Positions 10,199 through 20,482 of a stretch of DNA of 52,960 bases are shown piece after piece. The DNA is from Vezdaea acicularis (lineage: Eukaryota). Within the stretch, counting starts at the first letter, position 1, and each line of letters begins with the position of its first letter. The DNA is taken from positions 1 to 52,960 of the forward strand of contig JAPEUI010000108.1 of the NCBI GenBank assembly GCA_026025075.1, written 5' to 3'. The notes beneath the pieces were generated by a model. The model was given only the letters and a program-made list of their open reading frames with translations. It had not been told where the DNA came from and made no database searches. Made by a program: the position numbers and the translations under genes.

Positions 10199-11302
10199 GA
10201 AACGTGCGTTTATGAAGCACACTTTGCTTTAATATAGCTTCGCAAGGAGGTTTGCCGTGAATGACATGGAGCCTTCTTGGACCAATTTAGAAGCGTTCTA
10301 CGAGTGAAGCTATCCGCAATGTAGAGGACGCGTTTCTTTGGGGCGGAACCAATTCAAATACGAGCGCTGAAGGCCCCCAATGGCAGTCTAAGACAGGCTC
10401 ACTATGAATAAGACGGATGTGCCTTAAGATGGTTTCATATGAGGCTGCTCTGCGGCGCACGAGAAGAGGAGAGGTGTTTGATTCACAAGTATGGGAGAGC
10501 AACCAATACAAGCAACCCTTACACTGTGCTACTGTGTGACATGGCGGGGCAAGCAGTCTTGCGGCGACGCGAGCCACGAAACACCCTTTCAAGGACCCTG
10601 GAATCTCAATTCGACACGCCTCGACCAATTGCGCGTCGAGCACCTACAGCCAAGACGACATGCCACCGTTTCCGCGTTGCTCCAGGGCTATGATTTGCTA
10701 AGTATATCGATGGCAAAGGGATCCGTGCAATCTTCTAGACGTGTATCCTTTGCAGAGGATGGGCCTTTCAACTCTGATACTTCGACTGCGAATCGCGATG
10801 GGCCTTGACACCACGATCCCCAAGCTTTAATCACGCCCAGAATGTGAAAGCCCGATGCCCTCATGCTAATCTGCGTATCCAAGCCTGAGATATAAAATTA
10901 ATTCGAGGGCCCGTCGGAAAGTTTAAAGCGCAGGTGCTGGGAAACGATCCCTGTCGACCTTCGTCATCGCTGCGTCGATGTCATCGCTCGGATTAGTGGG
11001 GCAAATCCTCATGGAGGGGCATTCTAGATATCAATAGCTCTACACTCTCTTCTTATTTCCTTTACTCTTCCATTCTATACACAGTGCTTCCAAGTCACCA
11101 TTGAACGTCTACTTTTCATCTTCTACTAAATACTTTCAAAGATCCATAATCACTTTAGTAGAGGTGATTAGTCCACCCACTTTTCTCTTCCCGCTCATCT
11201 CACTCACATCAGTTGTAAAGCATCCTTCACGATTACCCGAACAACTTCACCCACAACGTCTTCTACAAGCTAAATCCTACACAACTCAAAACAATCACCA
11301 GA

Positions 11303-11566
11303 ATGTCGGCTCCCAACGCAGGTCGTCAGTCTCCCGACCCCGAGCGTCAGACGGGCGCACAACAACAAGATGCTCCCTCGACCGGCCAGATCTCAGACGA
11401 TGTCTCCGACGAGAACCAGCAGCAAAGCCACGAAACTAAGGAGGAGGGCTTGTCTAGCAATCCGAAGGGACCACTCGATGACGCGGCGGATGAGAAGCTA
11501 AGCAAGACTACCGGATACGATCCGGATGAGTTGACGAGGCAGGCCGAGGAGAAGCTGAACGGTTAG
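11303..11566 (+). CDS. Small hydrophilic conserved fungal protein (87 aa)
   Basis: MSAPNAGRQSPDPERQTGAQ...GLSSNPKGPLDDAADEK, a pattern I recognise as widespread in Pezizomycotina; C/A-rich leader. Confidence 0.85.
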   Translation: MSAPNAGRQSPDPERQTGAQQQDAPSTGQISDDVSDENQQQSHETKEEGLSSNPKGPLDDAADEKLSKTTGYDPDELTRQAEEKLNG

Positions 11567-11827
11567 TCAAGGTCGGATCGGGGAATAAGACAGGCTCCAA
11601 CATGTAGAGTCAAGGAAGGATATAAGCGTATAGTGGACCTCACTTAGTACTCCAGAAAGGAGCTATATGAATAACCTGCATTACTTCCTAGCTAGCAACC
11701 TAAAGTAACCCTGTACCCACCAGGGCAAGTTCACAATATCATTTAATCAGCCGTTTCCATAATTTCTCGTGTTTCGTTCCCCGATAGCCCGAATTCAACC
11801 CAGCAGACCCTCTCCCTTGTTATGTAT

Positions 11828-12743
11828 CTATATACCGGGCTTCTCAGTCCCGATCGCTGTCTCTTTCTCCGTCGCAGATGCTGGGATTATCGATGAGCTG
11901 AGCTTCGAGGTATCCGGGATGACCGCCGCTGCCTCTGCCTTACCATCCTCATAAATAGTCCCCGACGTAACGCCATGCTGCTTCTTCAGATCCGCCAGTC
12001 TCCTTGCCTCTGCATGGATATCCTGGACCTGTTTGCTACCCTGCGTATAGAACGCGACGACCTTTTGTCCTGTCGGGGTACCCGCCGCCTTTTCAAAGTA
12101 GCTCTGCAAGCCCATCCAGCCCTTGGTCGCCTTATTCGTCACACCATAGCTCGTATCGAGACTTTTGGCCTTGTCGGTGGCCTTGAGCTTCTGATCGAAA
12201 TTCTGTAGGGTCTGGGCGAATTTGGAGGAGATGCCGTTCTTATCGTCGAACTCGACAGCACGCTGGATTGCCGTATCGCCAATGATATAGCCATGGGCGA
12301 GGTACTCTGCGATGATGCGGGAGCGGGGCTTATCTTCTTGCTCGAGCTCTTCCGTTGTCTCGGTGGTGGTTTTCGAGCCGGCGATCTCGTCGATGCCAGC
12401 GGCGGAGGTGACCTGGACGTGAGAGGAGCCGAGTTGGGTGTTGTCAAGGAGGAGGGCGGTTTTGGCGGCACTGTGAACAAGGTTAATGGTGAGCTTAGCA
12501 GTAGGGGAATCCCGGAACTTACGTGTCTTTCTCGAAAGTGACTGTAGCTGATTGAGGGCTGCTGGGCTCACCCGATGCAGGAGTGACTGAAATAGATTCG
12601 ATCTTTCCACTAAAAACTACCTGTCAGATCTGAATAAGACCCTTTCACACATCTAGATCATACCAGAAACTGAAGAAATCTGTCACTTCCTTCTCACTCG
12701 TCTGATGCGAGATATTTGCAACGTGAACAGTCTTCGAAGACAT
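11828..12743 (-). CDS. VIP1: Vip1-like RRM protein; complement(join(11828..12470,12523..12609,12664..12743))
   Basis: Spliced product MSSKTVHVANISHQTSEKEVTDFFSFCGKIESISV...ATVTFEKDTAAKTALLLDNTQLG...QEDKPRSRIIAEYLAHGY; two canonical introns. Confidence 0.92.
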
Positions 12744-13561
12744 GATGGCAACTGATCGTCGTCGGAGGTCGTTTGGTATAAGCTCGATTTAATGCTGTTC
12801 TTAGGATGTTGAAGCTTCAAGCATAGGATAGGATCGCAAGCTTATTTGGAGCTTAGGAAATTATCCTTAAGTAGGAAAATGCTCAGTAGTTGCCTTGGCA
12901 GATCAACCGATAACTTACGCAAGAGGGGCAAGGAAAGAAGCGAAGGGCTGAGCGGGGCAACGTCATTGTGGCTGGTGCCCGCCTCAGAACAAGGACGCCG
13001 ATGTTTTTCCGGCAGCTGTCACAAGCAAACGCCGAGGTATACGGATTGAGACAGCGTATCAAATTACGCGCCCTCCCATTTAGTCACTTCGCTAGGTACG
13101 AGGAAAAATAGAAGTGGTTGCAATTTGCAGTCTATCTGTTGTTACAGTAGCCAAATGCTGCAGCCCGACCTCAAAGTCCCCTAAGCCCAAGGGCGAAATC
13201 CAATCCACACCATACCAGCTGTATCTTCTCCGCAGTCAGCACAATATACAATGCTGTTCAGTGGTGTTCAGCTAAAGCATAATCGTCAACCCAAACTCCT
13301 AATGCTTCTGCCCCTTCCATACCCAATGCAAACTGGAGAGAATGTTATGTACAGACCGTCTTGTAGTCCCAATGGTATCGCTTGGGATGTAGGAAGAAAA
13401 ATGAGTGAAAAAGGGGTGATACACCCTACACGAGAACTAACCTAACCACTATGGTTAAATGAAGAAAATCATTGTTGAAGCCTGTAAGTATAATCACTGT
13501 GCAATTGACGCCTATATCTGGGACCTTGGTCGATAATGACATGTGGAGTCTGCTCTGGTGC

Positions 13562-15951
13562 TTATGCAACCCTGTCCAGTGCAGTATCATTGTTTGAATG
13601 AGGTGGGATAGCGACCTCAGCTCCGAAATTACTCAGGGGTGGTAAAAACGTATTTGTCGAACTCTCGCCTCTGTTTGGATCATGTTCTGCGGCAGCCCCC
13701 ATATTTTCAGGGAGATTGTTTTGGCTCTGCTTCTCCTCATCCGAGATCATTGCGGAGAGACTTTGAAAGTTAAACATAGATTCAGTTCCCAGCTCTTCGT
13801 GCTGCAGAGATGATGCGTTCGATCCACGCGACATGTGCCCTCGATGGTTGCTGGAATCATCTGGGGTCAAAGAAGTGCCAAAGGGAGCGTGCCGTGGTGA
13901 GTCTAAAAGGGAAGAGGCTGATGAGGAATTGTTGGTAGATACCTGCCGAAGCTGTGATGGTCTGTATAGGTCTCTAGAGCCTGGGCTGTTATCTGGATGA
14001 TGCGCATTTTCCATGAACAAAGACTCCGTTACTGGCAACTGAGGTAAAGATATCGCTGAACCAGGATGCCCTACAGCCGACCCATTACTCTCTGCAAGAT
14101 CTCTCCTTTTACCTTTCGGGCCAGTATTCGATACGTCTCCCACAATCGATGATTGATCACTCGCAGTTCCTTCGCCAATGAAAGACGAGCTGTTGTTACC
14201 GCTGTTGGAGTATATTCGTTTCTTTGCGGCCTTCTCCGCCTTTTTGTCCTCTTTTTCCTTCTTTTTGGCTTCTTTTTTGGCCAACTTCTCTTCTTTCTTC
14301 CGCCTATCCTCCTCAGCAGCAAGGCTCAGCCTAATGGCCTCATTGAGCATCATAGTTTCCAATTCCTCTTGCTGCATCCTTCTTCTTGTGAATCCATCGG
14401 GCATCGTTGGTGGCGCACCTCTGTATCCAAGCGGACCACCACTTCCTCCGTTATTGAGTCTATTGCCAATTAGAAATCTATCAGGCATGGTTTCATCCTC
14501 CCCTGGTGGTGGGGGTGGTAACCCAAAAGGATTATCCCGGCGTTCGCGACGGAGCCCAAAGAGAGAAGGTCTCTCTCCGATATTACCCATGAAGAAAGCG
14601 GCCGTATGTAAAGCTGTCGCAGCTGCAGATCGACGTGCTGCATGCGCACGGGCAGCGCCAAGTTTCAAGGCCCAATCTGGTCTAACTTGGTCAGTAGTAA
14701 TCACGTTCGGAGCGTCAACGGCCAGTGAAGCCGCTCGTCGTCTCGTCGTAGCGAACGAAGTCGCCGTAGTTGTATCTGACTGTGGCTGGGCAGGTGTAGA
14801 GAGATAATTTGGGCCGCCTTGGTCGTTACGGAAGGTTGAATTCGCCTGATATGGGTAACGTAGGCCTCTCATGAACGGCGGACCTGAATATGTGACGCCA
14901 AATTCGGGTTGGACGCAGAATGGGCATGCGGCTGGCTCAGACACAAGCTCTCCTTCGGTATGACCAGGTTCTATATTATCTGACCCTGTTGCAGGAACTG
15001 TATTATCTCCATGCTCTGGAACATGCGGGTCAGGTCGCTTGATCTGCACAAAGCATTCTGAACAGATTGGCTGATCGCAGCATCGAGTTTGGTTCAAATA
15101 AGGTGGATAGTAGAGAAAGCAGATAGGGCATTCTATTGCTTCCCTATAGAGGTACGCTTCAAGTGGCAGACCGTTCACCGAAGTGTTTTCGAATAAGTTC
15201 AGCTCAACCAAATCGCCGTCCGGTACTAGAGGAACAGGCCTTGCCAAGTCGGGCATGTAACCCGTGTTATGCCGGGATTGGTACATGCGGAGATAAGTTT
15301 CCGACTTCTCTGTTTCTACCGTTGGTTTTTTAGATTCTAATAACTCCTCCGGTGGAATAGCATCAGCAGTAGGAATAGGGATTCCTCTTGCGGCAGCGAC
15401 GAGTTGATATTCAGTCCAAGATTCCGAGTGGTCATTGAGACCTCTCCAGAACGGCGCGATACGACGTTGAATCTGATTACGTTAGCATTGTCTAGCCCGT
15501 GGCAAGACAATAACCGTAGAGTTCTCACCATCAATTGTCGGACTATTGGCTTGTTGTAATCCTCAGGCCCAGTATAAACACCTTGCGTGACTAGATAGCC
15601 CCCATCTATGCTCTCCTCTCTCATGCTACGCTCCCTCTCCTTTTCCCTTGCGACCCTATCTCGTTCTGTTCTCCGTGCTTCTCGCTCTTGCTTTGTCTCT
15701 CGTCTACCCGTCGTCTCCCCAGAGCGACCATGGTCAGATCGGTCACGACCGGATCCATCTCTTGGATTCCCAGAGTCTGTCACCCGACGATCCCGTGGCC
15801 CGGCTTGAGAATCAAAGTAGCTATTACTATCTATCGGAGCAAAAGACGGACGGTGTGAATGATCGATACTAGGGGAGCCATGGTGACGATGGCTATTATG
15901 GCTAGTATCAAAGCCCGGCTGACGGGATTCTTTGCTCGCACCGTTACCCAT
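13562..15951 (-). CDS. SIP5: Sip5 RING-like protein; complement(join(13562..15472,15529..15951))
   Basis: MGNGASKE start, [78 protein letters not shown] and a UIM-like [14 protein letters not shown]. Confidence 0.95.
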
Positions 15952-17040
15952 CTTAAAGGTCCTAGAAAGCCCCAGCAGAAAAGTTACAATCCACAAGCTT
16001 TTGTCATTGGAGAATATGATGAACCGAGGCCGACTGGCGATCGATGGTGTGATCTTGATCTTTTGATTTAATGATTATGTTCGCCGGAGTCAGATCGTCA
16101 TTTAAAGCTTTGTCGATGATCGGCCGGAACGTTGGATAGCTCGAGCGAGTCAGGAACTGCTTAGGTAGCGTCAGACAATGGCTGGCATGTCGATAAAGCT
16201 GGCAGTGGGGGCAGATTCGCCCAATAAAATCTTAAAAATGAAAAACTCGTCAGATAGGATGTTGAGCACTGTAAGGTTGTCCCAATCGGCACTCTGCCAA
16301 GTTAGTGCACCGGCTGGAGCGTGGATTGTTTTCTGTATGGTAGGGGGATTAGGATGACGAGGGCGACTATTGACTGGATGCAGCTTGTCTGTGCCTTGAC
16401 TTTCTTTCGGTCACCAAACCGCTCCTTCAGTCTCTTGAACCCAGTAGAGAGACTTCCCTGCCCCAACCAATCGCTCTCACCTCATGGTCCGATAACAAAC
16501 GAGGTAGGATAACGCCTTAGCGATCACCTGATCATGCCTGCGCTCTGATAGAGCTTTTAGAGGTCATGCGCATATTTCATGTCTATGAGTAAGAAAGAGA
16601 TATGTACGGTCACAAGCGCATCCACAAGCTGCATCGTCCGAAATCGCTCGAAGATCTGTTCCGAACGATCGCTCCGAAGAAGGTTGGATCTAGGTGAGGG
16701 GTGAGTCCCACGGAGTTATCCCCGATCATGGATGGTTCAAGGGTTCACGAGATCCTCGCCCCGCGACTTCCTGGGATTCTCTCATAACGATGAATGATCT
16801 TATATCGCGATGTATATGGACAACTATGCTAGTCATGTACACATCGGGGTTATGAGAGACCCTTCCATGGTTCGAAGTTCACAAGCCGCACCGCAATAGG
16901 ACGCTATCTAAACTTAGTTTCGGAGATGCTAAACGCGCTTCGTTGCGGAAATCACAATTGAAAGATTTCATACCATCCCATGTATGAGATGTAATGTCAG
17001 CGAGCCCACGAGTACCTGGCTACAACGGTCCAAATAGTTT

Positions 17041-18219
17041 TTAATTAACTGGTGCAGGGTTCCTAGACCTAACGAATCTGGGGCCAGGGCTAGGCCAGGC
17101 ATGGTTGAACCACTCGCCGAAGGCCTCCCTAACTCCCTTCGAAAGCTCCTGGATTTCCTTTTGCCTCTTCAGGCTCCAGTCATGATCTCCCTCCGACCTT
17201 CCTGAATTGATAGCCACCTCTTTTCCAATATCAAGTCCGTCAAGAACACTCCGCCATACTCTCATGATCTCATCTAGCTCATTGACGTAGCTGACTCCTA
17301 AAACGCTCACGCCTAGCTTCCTCTCACTGAGTAAGTCCAGAGCCTTCCCTTTCCTAGGAACTCCCGAAGCAGGGTCACCTTTCGATCCTACAAAACTACC
17401 TTCTTGAAGCCAGGTCTCAAGGGCAAAGCGTATAGCGACGACTTCCAGTCTCTCCCCTTTAGAATCGCAGAAGTCACTGGCCTTGCGGCAAGCAGTCCGC
17501 AGTCCATCCTCAGCCGGATGGAAGTCCCCTTTTGCTCCTATAGGAACGCCTTGTCTTCGAAGCAACCCCATTCCCAAAGGTGACGCGTTTGGAACCACAT
17601 CCACACCGGCGGCTTTGAGGCGGGGAATGCCTTCACTGCTAAGCGTAGTATTTTGCAGTGTAAATGTGCCATAGGCCATAACTGCGTCTAGAGGCTCGCC
17701 GGTCTCTCGTAGAACCATCTCCGCAAGTTCACAGAGAACCTTAACAGGATAGCCTGATATGCCGACGTACTTGATGGTGCCGTTACGATCTCGGATCTCT
17801 CGTAGCTCTTTCACGGCCTCTAGGACCTCTTCTGAGCTGACAAACTCTACATCGTGACAGTAAACTAAGTCCAGGTACTCTGTACGCAGCCGCTCAAGGC
17901 TTCTGCGGATGCTTTGTTGCACCCATGCTCGCGAGTAGTCAAACTCGGCGCCTCCAATACGCCCGACCTTTGTTAAGAGAAAATATTCTCCGCGAGAGAA
18001 TCTGTGGCGGACATATGAAGTGTCTAGAGCCTGGCCCAGCAGGTCCTCAGCGGGCCCGTAGTAAGGTGAAGTGTCAAAGGCACGGATGCCAAAGTCCAGC
18101 GCACGGTGCACAATCTCTGTAGTAGGAAGTAGATAGGGATCTGCGTTATATTGCGAGTTGAAAGTGGCAGTACCGCAAATTAGGGGCGGTAACACTGATG
18201 ATAGACTTTGACGAGCCAT
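17041..18219 (-). CDS. Aldo-keto reductase, D-arabinose/L-galactose 1-dehydrogenase (Ara2-like)
   Basis: AFDTSPYYG, LLTKVGR, SLERLRTEYLDLVYCHDVEF, YVGISGYP, NASPLGMGLL and FHPA; intronless, 392 aa. Confidence 0.92.
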   Translation of the reverse strand: MARQSLSSVLPPLICGTATFNSQYNADPYLLPTTEIVHRALDFGIRAFDTSPYYGPAEDLLGQALDTSYVRHRFSRGEYFLLTKVGRIGGAEFDYSRAWVQQSIRRSLERLRTEYLDLVYCHDVEFVSSEEVLEAVKELREIRDRNGTIKYVGISGYPVKVLCELAEMVLRETGEPLDAVMAYGTFTLQNTTLSSEGIPRLKAAGVDVVPNASPLGMGLLRRQGVPIGAKGDFHPAEDGLRTACRKASDFCDSKGERLEVVAIRFALETWLQEGSFVGSKGDPASGVPRKGKALDLLSERKLGVSVLGVSYVNELDEIMRVWRSVLDGLDIGKEVAINSGRSEGDHDWSLKRQKEIQELSKGVREAFGEWFNHAWPSPGPRFVRSRNPAPVN

Positions 18220-19330
18220 CTTTCTATCCTAAACAAACCTCGATACTTTGCTTCCACGTGTCTGGATGTGGTGGAATAGAGAAGGCTCTAGTTATCGAGT
18301 ACTCGCTGGGCGAGGATATGATATATTGGGAAAAATACAGCCATATGCGAGATATTGCGGCATGCTATAATATTTTTTTGCAATGAATCAGCTATGTGCT
18401 AGTAAAGGCCTGACATAGATAAAAACTAAATGCCGCATTTCAACATGCAGACGGCAATGAAGACAAAGTCGGTCCGTGCTAGTCTGACGATTGCCTAATC
18501 ACGGCAACCGTAAAGTGTCAATTCTATGATATTGAGTGCAAGTCGGCGATGCGTGGGGTCTATGATGACGTCGTTGATTCGAAATTTGTTAGATATGCTT
18601 GGTTACAATGAATGGAATATCCCTGCCTGGCTAGGAGCGAAAGACTTCTGTGCATTCCGTTGGAGCTTATATGGACCCTTATGATTGTTCTCACTGGCAG
18701 AAGACTTCACATGACCCATGCCTCTCTGTTGCGCTTGCGAAAACGGAAGGCTGCCATCAAGAGACTTAATCATAAGCGCAACTACAGCCAAATTCGCCCG
18801 CCAAGAGCCCATGAATCAATAGCTCGGATTATCAGGGACTCAGACTAATAATTCTGCTAATCACAGCGTATGGCACTAGGATACTTCGTCACCCTTCAAG
18901 AACCTATCCCCTAAGATAGGAACGCCCAATGCTTGTCGGCATCTGATACCTTTGTGGGAATCGAAAATATATATACACAAGGAGGGGAGAACATATGCCT
19001 AGAAACAGATAGGTTTGGGGGTCCGAAGATGGTTTGCTACATTCCACAACGCGTCCAGATGGGACGCGATTGGACTCATCCTGGCGGTAGTCGGAAATGA
19101 GGTCGTTGAAAGTCGAAAATGACAAATACCCGCAGCAGCCTTGCCCTAGATTAACTCCATGCAATAAAATTTTCAAACGCCATGCTGATGCTATGAGCCT
19201 TGAAGTATGCTGATGTAGAAACGGATTGATGTGGTCGAGATGTGGTTTTGAAGGCAAATAGGGGCAGCTCCGCGATCGATATAAGGGTGCGCGGAAATCT
19301 TCAAGCATGTTAACTCCAAGCAACCGTATG

Positions 19331-19842
19331 CTATCGATCCTTGTAAACTTTTGGTTTCCATCCATCTTTCACCTCTCTCTCCCTCTCTGCTGCGCGCTCT
19401 GCCTCTCGAACCTCTATCTCGATTCGTTCCCGCGCGCGAAGTATCTTGCTTTGTAGGTAAAAGGATCCTCCCTTATTCGGATCATTCTGATCAAATAACC
19501 TCTTGAAACGTTCCATCACGTCTTCCATGTTCGCCTTCCCGGCTTGTGGTGGTTTTACATTTAAGATCTTACAAGCTTCCTCCAATGTCAGGCCTGAAGA
19601 AGCAAGATTCGTTGCGGCCCCCGGGTTGCTCTTTGCTATCTGCTGCGCATATTTGTGTGAGGCTGAAGCTTGTCGATATGCTTCTACGAAGGCCCGGCCA
19701 AGCACTCTCGACCCTGTAATGACGACCTGGGTTATGATTCGATGCGCCTGTTATAGCTTTATTAGCGTTACAGTCTTGACGGAAAGCGAAAGGTAGAAGG
19801 ATCAAAGCATCCAATGATGAAGGCGACTAAGAAACATACCAT
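19331..19842 (-). CDS. PAM16: Mitochondrial import motor subunit Pam16/Tim16; complement(join(19331..19747,19840..19842))
   Basis: ATG-only first coding exon, then AHRIITQVVITGSRVLGRAFVEAYRQA...LTLEEACKILNV...GGSFYLQSKILRARERIE. Confidence 0.96.
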
Positions 19843-20482
19843 ATCACCCAGGAGACAAGCTTGATCACTACCAAGTTTGAAGTGGATAGTGAACGCTAGG
19901 AGTCGAGAAATTCGCCATGCGAAGCATTCGGGATAAATTTCGCAGGGAATAAGCCGAGATCGGGATATTCCGTCACTATGACCTGGCACCTCATTGGTCG
20001 ATCGTGCTATGTACTTCAACTGAACACAAGTGCTACCCGTCAGGCCTAGCAAGACATCTTGGCATATTGAGCTGTGGACTTCTGCTCAGATTCCTCGATG
20101 TAACCATACGTCCATAATCAGTATCACTGGCCTTAACCTTGAACGAGACTACGGAATTGTGATTACTTGGCGGCTGTGAACGAGGAAGATCTGAAAGGTA
20201 TGGCATAGAAAATGTTAAGACTTGAACCCTTTATCTAATGAACGGCATTCGCGACATAAATTGAAGTCATTCTTCTCACTCTATTACCGACTGGGTCATC
20301 TAATGAAGTGAGAAGGGCTTTAGACCCCTTCCTCAAGCGTTGGGGGAAACACCAGGAACGAAGCACATATTTCACGGAGTGCTAAACACTCTTTGGTACC
20401 TTTTAAGTCTTGAGTCTCTGGCTATAGAATATGCATCGATGATCTAGATTATTGTAGTTGTCAAAACTCTGCTCCAAGTACT

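Noticed and set aside
14178..14807. Long antisense ORFs here and at 23821, 30084, 31490, 47391 and 52478
   Set aside because: They overlap well-supported genes on the opposite strand, mostly as codon-mirror shadows, and have no domain signal.
18612..18848. 78-aa basic ORF between the aldo-keto reductase and PAM16
   Set aside because: No motif, clear promoter or convincing splice structure; length compatible with chance.
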